This document shows positions 50,517 through 60,998 of a DNA stretch of 64,000 nucleotides, in pieces; positions within the stretch are counted from its first letter, which is position 1, and every line of letters begins with the position of its first letter. The stretch lies in NCBI GenBank assembly GCA_964503965.1, contig CAZDCK010000007.1, positions 34,842 to 98,841 of the forward strand, written 5' to 3'. The notes under the pieces are model-generated. The model was not told where the DNA came from. It ran no database searches and saw nothing but the letters and a program-made list of their open reading frames with translations. The position numbers and the translations under genes are program-made. Source of the DNA: an uncultured Enterobacteriaceae bacterium (GTDB lineage Bacteria; Pseudomonadota; Gammaproteobacteria; Pseudomonadales; Pseudohongiellaceae).

Positions 50517-53252
50517 GTGGTAAAAATTACCGTTGATGGCAAAGTCCTGGAAGTGGACGAAAACAAGAACCTGCTGGAGGAAATCCTCTCCAATGGGGAA
50601 GATTTGCCATATTTTTGCTGGCACCCGGCGATGGGCTCTGTGGGGTCATGCCGCCAGTGTGCGGTAATTGAATATGCTGACGATGAAGATCAACGTGGCC
50701 GCCTGAATATGGCGTGTATGACAGCACCTCGCGACGGAGCACGTTATTCCATCGAGAATGCAGCCAAGTTCCGCTCCCAGGCCATTGAAAGCATCATGAT
50801 CAACCATCCGCACGACTGCCCTGTCTGTGAAGAAGGTGGTGAATGTCATCTACAGGACATGACGGTCATGTCGGGCCACAACTACCGACGTTATGATGGT
50901 AAAAAGAAAACCCATACAAACCAGTACCTGGGGCCGTTCATTAACCATGAGATGAATCGCTGCATAACCTGTTACCGCTGTGTCAGGTACTACAAGGATT
51001 ATGCTGGTGGTACAGATTTTGGCCCCCAGGCTTCCCACGATAACACCTATTTCGGTCGCTGGCAGGAAGGTCCTCTGGAGAGTGAATTCAGTGGCAACCT
51101 GGCAGAAGTGTGTCCCACCGGTGTTTTTACTGACAAGCCTTTTGCCAAACACTATGTGCGCAAATGGGACCTGCAGACCTCTCCCTCGGTGTGTGCCGGC
51201 TGCAGTGTAGGCTGTAATACAAATCCGGGAGAACGTTACGGTACCCTGCGTCGTGTCGTAAACCGGTTCAATGACGAAGTAAATGGCTATTTCCTGTGCG
51301 ACCGTGGACGCTTTGGTACCGGTTATGTGAACAGCGATGATCGTATTACCGTCTCCATGACCCGTGACAGCCATTATGCAGATCCTGTCCTTGCTACCAA
51401 TGAAGAAGCTCGTGACAAACTGTTGGCTATGGCTGGCAGTGCCATAGGTATCGGATCGCCCAGGGCATCCATGGAAGCAAACTTTGCACTCCGGGAACTC
51501 GTTGGTGCCGAAAATTTTTACGCGGGTGTGTCAGAAAAAGAGCTGGGCATGCTGGACCAGATTCTCGACATATACCGCACTAGTCCGGTAAATGTGGCCA
51601 ATATCAAGGATATTGAGGCATCAGATGCCGTCCTGATACTTGGTGAGGATGTCACCAATACGGCTGCCCGTTTATCACTGGCCCTGCGTCAGTCGGTGAG
51701 GAACCTGGGCAAGGACATGGCCAGGGCCATGAAGTTCCCGGATTGGCAGGATGCTGCTATTCGACAGCTGACCATGGATCGCAAGAGCCCATTGTTTATT
51801 CTGTCACCCCATGCAACCCGCCTGGATGATGTCGCTCAAAATGTACATATAGCCACTGCAGCCGAGAGCGCGAAGATAGGCTTCGCCATTGCATCTGCAC
51901 TGGATGGCAATGCACCGGGTGTAACAGATCTTACTGAGGAAGAGCAAGGGCTTGTCCAGACCATTGCCACCGCCCTGAAATCTGCAAAACAGCCTTTAAT
52001 TATTAGTGGAACAGGCAGCCTGAATCCGGCACTGATCGATGCCGCCGCCAATATTGCTACAGCACTGGCTGATGGCGAGATAACAGCCAATCTGGCCCTT
52101 GTATCACCTGAAGCAAACAGTATGGGACTTGCCCTTATTACTGAAGGCTCCGGAAAAGGCATTGAGCAGGCGATGGATAGCGGTGCCAAATCCGCCATTG
52201 TGCTGGAAAATGATTTATATCGCAGGGCGTCCACTGCCAGGGTTGATGGATTTATCGACGGCCTTGATCATCTGGCCGTTCTGGACAGCCTCAAGCATAA
52301 AACCGGTGAAGCAGCCAATCTGGTTCTTGCAAGCGGTACCTTTGCTGAAACATCCGGGACCTTTGTTAATTATGAAACCCGTGCCCAGCATTTTTACTCT
52401 GTTTTCAAACCGCTCGAAAGTATTCGTTCCAGCCTGTCCTGGTTGAGTGACAAGCCAATAGCCGAAGTGACCCGTGCGTGTGCAGAATCCGTGGCCGACT
52501 GTCAGGGTATGGCGAACCTGACTCCCGGGAAAACCCTGGCAGGCATGCGTTATCCGCGACAACAGCATCGCTATAGTGGGCGTACAGCCATGCGCGCCGA
52601 TATCAGCGTTCATGAGCCCAAGCAGGAACAGGACGAGGAGGGGATTATGTCCTACTCCATGGAAGGTATTCCCCCTGTTCGTGATGCTGAAGTGTTTAAC
52701 ACGCCCTGGTACGGCGGATGGAATTCAAACCAGAGTATCTTCAAGTTCCAGTCACATACTGGTGAAGGACTCAAGCAGGCAACTCATGGCCATGTGCTGG
52801 TTAATAATGCCGCCACGGATAATTTGAATAGTACAGATAAAAAGTACAGTGCAGTCACCACGCTGGAAACGTCTGCCGGTGATTACACGGTATTCCCTCT
52901 CTATCATCTCTTTGGCAGCGAGGAATTAACAGGAAAAACACCGGCAATTCAGGAAAAAGCCACTGGCGCCTATATTGCGCTGTGTGAAGAGGATGCCGCC
53001 AAACTGGGTCTGCAAGCCAGCGATGGACTTGCGGTGCAGAATAATGGTGCCGTTCCCTATGTCATACGCAGTTCCATAAAGCCCGGTACGGTAGGGGTAT
53101 CCGTTGGTCTCAACGGACTCAATTTTGCCGATCTTGAAGGCGGGATTTCACTGGCGAAAGCCTCTGACTGGAAAACACCTCCAGACTGGCGCGCCGCGAA
53201 TATCATTGTCAGTGACAAGCAAACCCATGAATCAGCAGGGGAGGACGCCTGA
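50517..53252 (+). CDS. nuoG: NADH-quinone oxidoreductase subunit G
   Basis: 911 aa from a GTG start, colinear with E. coli NuoG as I recall it. Matching blocks are PYFCWHPAMGSVGSCRQCAV, HPHDCPVCEEGGECHLQD, CITCYRCVRYY, CPTGVFTDK and HRYSGRTAMRADISVHEP. Confidence 0.95.
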   Translation: MVKITVDGKVLEVDENKNLLEEILSNGEDLPYFCWHPAMGSVGSCRQCAVIEYADDEDQRGRLNMACMTAPRDGARYSIENAAKFRSQAIESIMINHPHDCPVCEEGGECHLQDMTVMSGHNYRRYDGKKKTHTNQYLGPFINHEMNRCITCYRCVRYYKDYAGGTDFGPQASHDNTYFGRWQEGPLESEFSGNLAEVCPTGVFTDKPFAKHYVRKWDLQTSPSVCAGCSVGCNTNPGERYGTLRRVVNRFNDEVNGYFLCDRGRFGTGYVNSDDRITVSMTRDSHYADPVLATNEEARDKLLAMAGSAIGIGSPRASMEANFALRELVGAENFYAGVSEKELGMLDQILDIYRTSPVNVANIKDIEASDAVLILGEDVTNTAARLSLALRQSVRNLGKDMARAMKFPDWQDAAIRQLTMDRKSPLFILSPHATRLDDVAQNVHIATAAESAKIGFAIASALDGNAPGVTDLTEEEQGLVQTIATALKSAKQPLIISGTGSLNPALIDAAANIATALADGEITANLALVSPEANSMGLALITEGSGKGIEQAMDSGAKSAIVLENDLYRRASTARVDGFIDGLDHLAVLDSLKHKTGEAANLVLASGTFAETSGTFVNYETRAQHFYSVFKPLESIRSSLSWLSDKPIAEVTRACAESVADCQGMANLTPGKTLAGMRYPRQQHRYSGRTAMRADISVHEPKQEQDEEGIMSYSMEGIPPVRDAEVFNTPWYGGWNSNQSIFKFQSHTGEGLKQATHGHVLVNNAATDNLNSTDKKYSAVTTLETSAGDYTVFPLYHLFGSEELTGKTPAIQEKATGAYIALCEEDAAKLGLQASDGLAVQNNGAVPYVIRSSIKPGTVGVSVGLNGLNFADLEGGISLAKASDWKTPPDWRAANIIVSDKQTHESAGEDA

Positions 53253-54235
53253 TGTTTACTTTTGAGGTAGGTTCACTCCTCAACATCGCCCTGATTCTGG
53301 GTGTTGTCCTTACCCTGGCGGCACTGCTGATCTGGATGGAACGTCGTGTCCTGGGTTTTTTCAATGATCGCCTGGGTCCCAACCGTGTGGGACCGTTCGG
53401 TATCCTCCAGTCCGTGGCCGATGTTATCAAGCTGATTACCAAGGAAGACTGGATACCTCCCTTTGCGGATAAACAGACATTTGTTGTAGCACCGCTGATA
53501 ATCCCAATAGTGATGCTACTCAGTTTTGCGATGATTCCTTTTGCGCCCAATGTTGGCATTATCGATATGAACATTGGCCTTCTTTTCGTGATGGCGATGG
53601 CAGGATTGGCATCCTATTCAGCCATGCTGGGTGGACTGGCTTCCAATAACAAGTTTGCCCTTCTCGGTGGATTGCGTGCGGCAGGGCAGATGATTTCCTA
53701 CGAAGTGTTCATGGGTATTTCCATACTGGGCGTTGTGATTCTTTCAGACAGCCTGTCACTGCGCGGTATCGTGGAAGCACAAGAAGATGGCTGGTACGTC
53801 ATTCCCCAGTTTCTTGGGTTCATCGTGTTTATGGTGGCAGCGCTTGCTGAATCCCATCGCTGGCCCTTTGACCTGCCAGAGGGTGAAGCTGAAATTATTT
53901 CGGGTTTCAACACTGAATATTCAGGCATGAAATTCGGCCTGTTTTTTGTTGGTGAGTATATCGGCATGTTATTGATGGCATGTCTTATTCCAGTCCTCTT
54001 TTTTGGCGGCTGGCACGCACCCTTTGGGTTGGAATTGGGTAACGAGATCATTTCCGGTGTGTTCTGGATGTTCGTTAAGACCATGTGCCTTGTGGTGTTC
54101 TTTATTCTGGTCAGGGCCGCACTGGCGCGTCCACGATATGACCAGTTAATGAGTTATGGCTGGCTGGTGATGCTGCCATTGTCCTTGTTGAATCTACTTG
54201 TAACCGGCGCAATTGTGCTGATGCAGGGGAGTTGA
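53252..54235 (+). CDS. nuoH: NADH-quinone oxidoreductase subunit H
   Basis: 327 aa polytopic membrane protein. [48 protein letters not shown] and RPRYDQL are ND1 signatures. The ATG overlaps the nuoG stop. Confidence 0.95.
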   Translation: MFTFEVGSLLNIALILGVVLTLAALLIWMERRVLGFFNDRLGPNRVGPFGILQSVADVIKLITKEDWIPPFADKQTFVVAPLIIPIVMLLSFAMIPFAPNVGIIDMNIGLLFVMAMAGLASYSAMLGGLASNNKFALLGGLRAAGQMISYEVFMGISILGVVILSDSLSLRGIVEAQEDGWYVIPQFLGFIVFMVAALAESHRWPFDLPEGEAEIISGFNTEYSGMKFGLFFVGEYIGMLLMACLIPVLFFGGWHAPFGLELGNEIISGVFWMFVKTMCLVVFFILVRAALARPRYDQLMSYGWLVMLPLSLLNLLVTGAIVLMQGS

Positions 54236-54237
54236 TA

Positions 54238-54786
54238 ATGCTTAAAGCGTTGATGCATCAGGTAAAAATTATCTGGTCACAGATTGTTTCGCTGTGGCTG
54301 GTATTCCTGCATCTATTTAATAAAGCCGATACAGTTGAGTATCCTGAAGTTAAACCGCATACCTTTCCGCGCTGGCGTGGCAGGATCATCCTGACCCGTG
54401 ATCCGGATGGTGAAGAACGCTGTGTTGCCTGCAACCTGTGTGCCGTGGCCTGTCCCGTTGACTGTATTGCACTCCAGAAAACAGAGGATGAAGAAGGGCG
54501 CTGGTATCCTGAATTTTTCCGCATCAATTTTTCCCGCTGCATAATGTGTGGATTTTGTGAAGAAGCCTGTCCGACTCACGCTATCCAACTGACTCCCGAT
54601 TTCGAGATGGCTGAGTATGTACGCCAAGACATGGTCTGGGAAAAGGAACACATGCTCATCAATGGCACCGGCAAATACCACGATTACAATTTCTACAAGG
54701 TTGCCGGTAAGGCAATTGGCGGCAAGGACAAGGGCGAAGCCCAGAATGAGCTTCCGCCGACGGACAGGAGGAGCCTGTTGCCATGA
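54238..54786 (+). CDS. nuoI: NADH-quinone oxidoreductase subunit I
   Basis: Two 4Fe-4S ferredoxin motifs are present, [12 protein letters not shown] and [12 protein letters not shown]. The sequence is near-identical in pattern to E. coli NuoI ([28 protein letters not shown]). The start is ATG 54238, or TTG 54232 as in the track. Confidence 0.93.
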   Translation: MLKALMHQVKIIWSQIVSLWLVFLHLFNKADTVEYPEVKPHTFPRWRGRIILTRDPDGEERCVACNLCAVACPVDCIALQKTEDEEGRWYPEFFRINFSRCIMCGFCEEACPTHAIQLTPDFEMAEYVRQDMVWEKEHMLINGTGKYHDYNFYKVAGKAIGGKDKGEAQNELPPTDRRSLLP

Positions 54787-55265
54787 ATGTACTGTTTTAT
54801 GGTTCCGCCATTATTGCGATCCTGGCGACTTTGATGGTGATAACAAGAACGAATGTTGTCCATGCTTTGCTGTACTTCATTGTTTCCCTGCTTTCCATTG
54901 CCGTAATTTTCTATACTCTGGGCGCTCCCTTTGCTGCCGCTCTGGAGGTCATCGTCTATGCAGGTGCAATTATGGTGATGTTCCTGTTTGTTGTGATGAT
55001 GTTGAACCTTGGACAGGTGACACAGGATCAGGAAAGAGCCTGGTTGACCCCGTCAATCTGGATTGGTCCAAGCCTGATGGCTATTCCATTACTTATCGAA
55101 GTGATTTATGCCATCAACATGACCGATGCAGATATGGCAACAACAGTTGTTAGTGGAAAGGATGTAGGAACAGCATTGTTTGGTCCATATGTTCTGGCTG
55201 TAGAGCTTGCATCCATGCTACTGCTTGCAGGCCTGGTGGGTGCTTTCCATCTGGCAAGAAAATAA
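54783..55265 (+). CDS. nuoJ: NADH-quinone oxidoreductase subunit J
   Basis: 160 aa hydrophobic ND6-like protein ([19 protein letters not shown]). Its position in the operon fits, and its ATG overlaps the nuoI stop. Confidence 0.9.
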   Translation: MNVLFYGSAIIAILATLMVITRTNVVHALLYFIVSLLSIAVIFYTLGAPFAAALEVIVYAGAIMVMFLFVVMMLNLGQVTQDQERAWLTPSIWIGPSLMAIPLLIEVIYAINMTDADMATTVVSGKDVGTALFGPYVLAVELASMLLLAGLVGAFHLARK

Positions 55266-55337
55266 GAATAAAGACGCGTTTGACAACGGTTAGGCAACAA
55301 CGGTGAGAGGATAAAGTCAGTGTTACCCCAAATTACA

Positions 55338-55646
55338 ATGCAAGCTATTCCCATGGAGCATGGCCTCTTACTGGCTGCAATCCTGTTTATTTTGGGAATG
55401 GTGGGTGTTCTGACCCGTCGCAACCTGGTATTCATCCTGATGTCACTGGAAATCATGCTAAATGCTACAGGCCTTGCTTTCATTGTCGCTGCTTCACGCT
55501 GGGGACAGGTGGATGGCCAGATCATGTTCATTATGATTTTGAGTCTGGCAGCCGCCGAAGTGGCTGTTGCGCTTGGACTGGTACTACAGTTTTTCCATAA
55601 ACGTAAAACACTGGATATAGACGCCCTTAACGAAATGAGAGGCTGA
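55338..55646 (+). CDS. nuoK: NADH-quinone oxidoreductase subunit K
   Basis: About 102 aa from [39 protein letters not shown] (ND4L signature with the conserved Glu residues). The track start at GTG 55320 is possible. Confidence 0.9.
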   Translation: MQAIPMEHGLLLAAILFILGMVGVLTRRNLVFILMSLEIMLNATGLAFIVAASRWGQVDGQIMFIMILSLAAAEVAVALGLVLQFFHKRKTLDIDALNEMRG

Positions 55647-55700
55647 CAGCTTCAATTCTCATGGCCGAAAAACAAGGCGAGATACAAGGTAAGACAAGAC

Positions 55701-57536
55701 ATGCTTGAATTATTGTGGTTAGTGCCGGTAATCCCTTTCATCGGATTCCTCATTCTTACGCTGACCTGTGGAAAACTGCCACAGGTTCCCGCGGGGATTA
55801 TTGGTGCGGGTTCCATTGGCCTGTCTTTCCTCGTTGCACTTTTTGTGGGTATGCAGTTCTCGGCAACCGAGGCCAGCTCATTTTCCCAGACCTTATGGAC
55901 CTGGATGTCTGTAGGCGATTTTGATGCCGGATTCACCTTCTACCTGGATGGTGTTTCCATGGTCATGATGTATGTCATTACCGGGATCGGATTTCTGATT
56001 CATGTCTATGCCACAGGTTACATGAATGGTGATCCAAGCTTCGCCCGATTCTTCTCTTACATGAACCTTTTTGTCTCCGCCATGCTGATCCTGGTGCTGG
56101 CTGACAATCTGGTGCTGCTCTTCATGGGCTGGGAAGGTGTGGGACTGTGTTCATACCTGTTAATTGGCTTTTGGTACAAAGACCCCAACAATGGATACTG
56201 CGCTCGTAAAGCCTTCGTCATGACCAGGGTAGGGGATGCTTTCATGGCACTGGGTCTTTTTGCCCTGTTCGTCAGTACAGGCACCCTGAATATCCAGGAA
56301 GCCATGCTCAACGCCGAAATGGAATGGGAAGTCGGATCGGGAATTGCAACAGCAGTTACCTTGCTTCTGCTGGGGGGGGCGGTAGGTAAATCCGCGCAGC
56401 TGCCATTACAGACCTGGTTACCGGATGCCATGGCCGGGCCAACCCCCATTTCAGCGCTGATTCACGCCGCTACCATGGTTACAGCGGGTGTCTACCTGAT
56501 CGCCAGGACCCATGTGCTTTATACACTGGCTCCTGAAATCCAGTATCTGGTTGGTGTCATTGGCGCTATCACCCTGTTGATGGCTGGATTTACTGCTCTG
56601 ACACAAAGCGATATCAAAAAAGTACTGGCATTTTCTACTGTAAGCCAGATCGGCTATATGTTTCTTGCCCTGGGTGTTGGTGCCTGGAACAGTGCCATTT
56701 TCCACCTGATGACGCATGCCTTCTTCAAGGCACTCCTGTTTCTTACCGCTGGCTCAATCATTCTTGCCATGCACCATGAACAGGATATTTTCAAAATGGG
56801 CGGTCTGCGCAAGGACCTGCCCTGGAGTCACTGGCTGTTCCTGATTGGAACACTTGGCCTGGTGGCTTTCCCTGGCTTTTCCGGCTTTTTCTCGAAAGAG
56901 GAAATCTTGGCTTCAGCCCTGGCCAACCACGATGGCGGATTTATTCTGTTTCTGGCTGGAATGCTGGGTGCCGTCATGACTTACCTCTACAGCTTCAGAT
57001 TATACTTCCTGGTCTTCTATGGGAAGAAAACCCATGATGGACATGAAGTGATGGGGCTGCATTTGCAGGGCCCTCTGGTATTACTGGCTGTTGGTGCCGT
57101 GCTTTCTGGTTATATCCACATTCCTGTTGATGCCGTATTCCCTGAAGGGGAAGAACATCATGCATCCATGATGGCCCAGGCGGCGATGATCCTTATTCCA
57201 ATGCTTGGTTTTGTCCTGGCCTGGTGGGTTTTTATCAAGGGCCAGGTAGACACAGAGAAACTGGCGGGCCAGGGCTTTGGCGCTGCGCTTCACCGTTTCT
57301 GGTTTACCCAATGGGGGATGGATTGGCTCTATAACACCCTTATCTGCAAGCCTTATATGTGGTTGGCAGAATTTAACAAGAAAGATTTTATCGACTTTAT
57401 TTACAACGGTTCGGCCAGGATAGTCCGTTTCTGCCATGACATCATGAGCGAAACCCAAACCGGGCAGCTGCGCTGGTATGCAATTAGCGTTGCCTATGGC
57501 TTGCTGTTATTAGTCACCATAGGAGTGCTGTTATGA
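55701..57536 (+). CDS. nuoL: NADH-quinone oxidoreductase subunit L
   Basis: 611 aa ND5-like antiporter-type subunit. Signatures are MGWEGVGLCSYLLIGFW, GKSAQLPLQTWLPDAMAGPTP.SALIHAATMVTAGVY and the C-terminal lateral helix region. Confidence 0.95.
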   Translation: MLELLWLVPVIPFIGFLILTLTCGKLPQVPAGIIGAGSIGLSFLVALFVGMQFSATEASSFSQTLWTWMSVGDFDAGFTFYLDGVSMVMMYVITGIGFLIHVYATGYMNGDPSFARFFSYMNLFVSAMLILVLADNLVLLFMGWEGVGLCSYLLIGFWYKDPNNGYCARKAFVMTRVGDAFMALGLFALFVSTGTLNIQEAMLNAEMEWEVGSGIATAVTLLLLGGAVGKSAQLPLQTWLPDAMAGPTPISALIHAATMVTAGVYLIARTHVLYTLAPEIQYLVGVIGAITLLMAGFTALTQSDIKKVLAFSTVSQIGYMFLALGVGAWNSAIFHLMTHAFFKALLFLTAGSIILAMHHEQDIFKMGGLRKDLPWSHWLFLIGTLGLVAFPGFSGFFSKEEILASALANHDGGFILFLAGMLGAVMTYLYSFRLYFLVFYGKKTHDGHEVMGLHLQGPLVLLAVGAVLSGYIHIPVDAVFPEGEEHHASMMAQAAMILIPMLGFVLAWWVFIKGQVDTEKLAGQGFGAALHRFWFTQWGMDWLYNTLICKPYMWLAEFNKKDFIDFIYNGSARIVRFCHDIMSETQTGQLRWYAISVAYGLLLLVTIGVLL

Positions 57537-59038
57537 TCCTTGTCTGGTTAATAACAATCCTGTTCGTCGGCGGTATTGGCGCCTGGCTTTCAGAAAAGAG
57601 CAACCCGCAGTTACCCCGGGTGATAGCCCTGGCAACCATTCTGCTGGACCTGTTCCTGGTTGTGCTGATGTTCGTTGCACCAGGTGCCCTTGGCCTGGAC
57701 AGTGCAGCCAGTGTGGCTGATCTTGGCCAGCCCGGGGAATGGCTGGTTCTGAGCAGCAATGAATGGATCCCCCGATTTGGTATCTCCTTCATTTTTGGTG
57801 CTGATGGGCTTGGTATGCTGCTCATCATGCTTACTGTTTTCCTGGGACTGATGTCTCTTGGTTCAGCCTGGCATGAAATCAAGGATCAACCCGGGTTCTT
57901 CTATTTCAACCTGCTTTGGACACTGGCCGGTGTGATCGGCGTGTTTACTGCTCTTGACCTGTTCCTGTTCTTCTTTTTCTGGGAAGTAATGCTCATCCCG
58001 ATGTATTTCATCATCGCCATTTGGGGACATGAGAACAAGGAATACGCGGCGATGAAGTTTTTTATCTTCACACAGGTAAGTGGCATGCTTATGCTGCTGG
58101 CCATACTGGTGCTCGTATTCTTCCATTACCAGGATACCGATATACTGACATTCAGTTACTTTGACCTGTTGGGCACTAATATTCCTTCAGAGTATGGTTT
58201 CTGGCTAATGCTTGGATTTTTCCTGGCATTTGCCACAAAACTGCCTGCAGTACCTGTCCACAACTGGTTGCCGGATGCTCACTCACAGGCTCCAACTCCT
58301 GGGTCTGTTATTCTGGCTGGTATTCTGCTTAAAACCGGTGCGTACGGTCTGATTCGCTTTACGATTCCACTGTTTCCCGATGCCAGTGCAACTTTTGCTC
58401 CAACGGCCATGTTGATGGGGGTTATCAGTATCCTGTACACGGCCAAAGTGGCGTTTGGACAGAATGACCTCAAACGGTTGATAGCCTATACCTCTGTGAG
58501 TCATATGGGCTTTGTATTGCTTGGTGTCTATGCATGGACAGCACAGTCGGTGCAGGGCGCTGTGATGACGATGCTGGCTCATGGCTTCAGTGCAGCAGCC
58601 CTGTTTATGCTTGCGGGAGGTCTTCAACACCGTATTCATACTCGTCAAATGGACCAGATGGGTGGCCTTTGGGGCGCTGCTCCCAAAATGGCATTCATGG
58701 CACTGTTCTTTACGGTTGCTGCAGTAGGTATGCCGGGCCTGGGTAATTTCATTGGAGAATTCCTGGTACTGCTGGGGACATTCAGGATAAGTATTGCGGC
58801 CGCCGCCCTGGCAGCGATTGGAATGGTCGTTGCTGCCGTGTATTCATTAATCGTGATTCAGAAAGTCTTTCATGGTGAGAACAAGAACAATCTTGTGGTT
58901 GAAGACCTGACCACGATAGAAATGATCTGCCTTGGACTGATGATGATTGGTCTGCTCTGGATGGGGCTTTATCCCCAGTCCATGCTTGACATGTCAGAAC
59001 CGACATTGCGCAGTCTGGGTGTATTGTTTTTCGACTGA
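57533..59038 (+). CDS. nuoM: NADH-quinone oxidoreductase subunit M
   Basis: 501 aa ND4-like subunit. Signatures are FFFFWEVMLIPMYFII, KLPAVPVHNWLPDAHSQAPT.GSVILAG.LLK.G.YG and AYTSVSHMGFV. It overlaps nuoL by 4 nt. Confidence 0.95.
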   Translation: MILVWLITILFVGGIGAWLSEKSNPQLPRVIALATILLDLFLVVLMFVAPGALGLDSAASVADLGQPGEWLVLSSNEWIPRFGISFIFGADGLGMLLIMLTVFLGLMSLGSAWHEIKDQPGFFYFNLLWTLAGVIGVFTALDLFLFFFFWEVMLIPMYFIIAIWGHENKEYAAMKFFIFTQVSGMLMLLAILVLVFFHYQDTDILTFSYFDLLGTNIPSEYGFWLMLGFFLAFATKLPAVPVHNWLPDAHSQAPTPGSVILAGILLKTGAYGLIRFTIPLFPDASATFAPTAMLMGVISILYTAKVAFGQNDLKRLIAYTSVSHMGFVLLGVYAWTAQSVQGAVMTMLAHGFSAAALFMLAGGLQHRIHTRQMDQMGGLWGAAPKMAFMALFFTVAAVGMPGLGNFIGEFLVLLGTFRISIAAAALAAIGMVVAAVYSLIVIQKVFHGENKNNLVVEDLTTIEMICLGLMMIGLLWMGLYPQSMLDMSEPTLRSLGVLFFD

Positions 59039-59190
59039 CCGTACTGGTTACCCGAAAAACACATGAAGGTTAAAAAAAGTTAAGCGGTAAGAAAGACTAA
59101 AGATGAACGTAAGACGAACGTAAGACGCACGAAAGGCGTACTAAACAGAAATTCGCTTGAACAAGACATTTGAAGGTAGAAACAGTCACT

Positions 59191-60651
59191 ATGTATAGCA
59201 ACCTCATTATCGACCTGATGCAGATTATCATGCTGACCCTGGGTTCAGTTGTGGTAATGATGACTGCTGCCTTCAAGCGCGACCATGCCATTGTCTCTGG
59301 TCTGACTGTGTTCAGCCTGACGGCTGCATTGCTGACTTTCCTGTTTATCGAGCCAGTGCTGCCCCTGGAAGCAACCCAGTTGTTGATGATTGATGAATAC
59401 AGTCTTTTCTTTTCCAACCTGATTATTGTTGGTGCCATTGCAACCGCTTTGCTTGCCTATCCATATTTTCAGCGTCACAGCGTCCAGAATGAGGAGTTTT
59501 ATATCCTTCTCATGACCGCTACTCTTGGTGGTGTGGTGTTGGCGTGCAGTAACCACTTTGTGTCGTTCCTCATTGGTATGGAAATGATGGGGATCAGTCT
59601 TTATGCCATGATTGCCTATCCTGTGCATGATACGTCCAGTGCCAAGTTTCCACTGGAAGCGGCAATCAAGTACCTGATTATGTCAGGACTTACTTCCGGA
59701 ATAACCCTGTTTGGTATCGCCCTGGTGTATGCCTATATTGGCACCTTGGGTTTTGATGAAATTCCTGCGGCATTGGCTGCAGCTGGCGACCTGAGCCCTG
59801 TGTTCCTGATGGGGGTTCTCATGATTGTTGCTGGTGCAGCCTTCAAATTGTCCCTGGTTCCTTTCCACATCTGGACCCCGGATGTCTATGAAGGTGCACC
59901 GGTTCCGGTCACAGCTTACCTGGCAACGGTATCCAAGGCGGCCATGCTGGCTGTAACCATGAGACTCTTACTCGCATCCAATGCACTTGAATTCAATGCG
60001 GTAACGGCTGTACTGACAGTCATGGCCGCTGCCTCGATGATCATCGGTAATTTGCTGGCGGTAATGCAGGAAAATATCAAACGCCTGTTTGCCTATTCAT
60101 CAATTGCCCACCTTGGTTATTTGATTGTCGTCGTTATCGCTGCTGCCAGGATAGAAAACGCACTGTCTGTTGAAGCCATGGGTTTTTACATTTTGGCTTA
60201 CTTTATTATGTCCCTGGCTGGCTTTGCTGTGATCAGTGCTATTTCCAGCAACGAACATGAACTTGATCATCTGAGTGATTTTCGGGGTCTTTTCTGGCGT
60301 AACACCTGGGTTTCAGCTGTACTGATCACAGTGCTGCTCTCTCTGGCCGGTATTCCTTTAACAGCCGGGTTTATCGGCAAGTTCTATATTTTCAACTCCG
60401 GCGTGGAAGGTGAGCTTTGGTTCCTGCTGACCATGCTGATTATCGGTAGTGCGATAGGGCTTTACTACTATCTACGTCTGATCTACACCATGTTGCAACC
60501 GGCCGAAATTACGGGTGAAGATCCTGCCACGAATGCAATGCCCGCTGGAGTTCATGTTGTCATGGCTGCCATGACACTGGGAATTATTTATCTCGGTGTG
60601 TACCCAACCCCGATGATTAATACCCTGGAAAGTCTTGCTTCGGCATTCTAG
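59191..60651 (+). CDS. nuoN: NADH-quinone oxidoreductase subunit N
   Basis: About 486 aa ND2-like subunit from MYSNLIIDLMQ. Signatures are FKLSLVPFHIWTPDVYEGAP.PVTAYLATVSK and LFAYSSIAHLGY. The track start at TTG 59170 is an alternative. Confidence 0.92.
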   Translation: MYSNLIIDLMQIIMLTLGSVVVMMTAAFKRDHAIVSGLTVFSLTAALLTFLFIEPVLPLEATQLLMIDEYSLFFSNLIIVGAIATALLAYPYFQRHSVQNEEFYILLMTATLGGVVLACSNHFVSFLIGMEMMGISLYAMIAYPVHDTSSAKFPLEAAIKYLIMSGLTSGITLFGIALVYAYIGTLGFDEIPAALAAAGDLSPVFLMGVLMIVAGAAFKLSLVPFHIWTPDVYEGAPVPVTAYLATVSKAAMLAVTMRLLLASNALEFNAVTAVLTVMAAASMIIGNLLAVMQENIKRLFAYSSIAHLGYLIVVVIAAARIENALSVEAMGFYILAYFIMSLAGFAVISAISSNEHELDHLSDFRGLFWRNTWVSAVLITVLLSLAGIPLTAGFIGKFYIFNSGVEGELWFLLTMLIIGSAIGLYYYLRLIYTMLQPAEITGEDPATNAMPAGVHVVMAAMTLGIIYLGVYPTPMINTLESLASAF

Positions 60652-60824
60652 AGAAGGCCGGTAGATTTAATTATTGATCGTGCCACCGCAGGCACGACTT
60701 GACTTGAAATTTCCCACTTTACCCAATTCAACTGGTTAAAAATTAGCCATTTGAGTGCATTTCCTCGGATAAACCCCTGAAATTAGTATTATTTTTGCCT
60801 GTAGACTTGCAAAGACAAATCCTA

Positions 60825-60840
60825 AGTGATTAAAATCACT
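60825..60840. promoter_or_regulatory. operator-like palindrome AGTGAT-TAAA-ATCACT overlapping a possible -10 element upstream of the recombinase gene
   Basis: Read directly: perfect 6-bp arms with a 4-nt spacer. A weak sigma-70 candidate is TTGCAA (60807-60812), 18 nt, TAAAAT (60831-60836), and it overlaps the palindrome. A second palindrome, TTAACT-gaca-AGTTAA, lies at 60879-60894. Confidence 0.3.
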
Positions 60841-60948
60841 ACCCCGTTGGATATTTGTGCAAACAGAGACACAATCTTTTAACTGACAAGTTAAGAATCC
60901 AGCCGGATAGTATTGGTGCAAAACAGTGCAACCAGGCGATAACCTGAA

Positions 60949-60963
60949 ACAGACCGGATTATC
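60949..60963. repeat. left copy of the perfect 15-bp inverted repeat (ACAGACCGGATTATC) flanking the recombinase gene
   Basis: It is the exact reverse complement of 61696-61710 (GATAATCCGGTCTGT) and lies 35 bp upstream of the recombinase ATG. Confidence 0.9.
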
Positions 60964-60998
60964 TCAAAAGGTAATCAAGGCGGACCCGGAGCCCAGTC

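Noticed and set aside
60736-60921. 61-aa minus-strand ORF upstream of the recombinase
   Set aside because: It is short, lacks motifs and lies in a region dominated by palindromes and repeats. A regulatory role for the DNA seems more plausible than coding.
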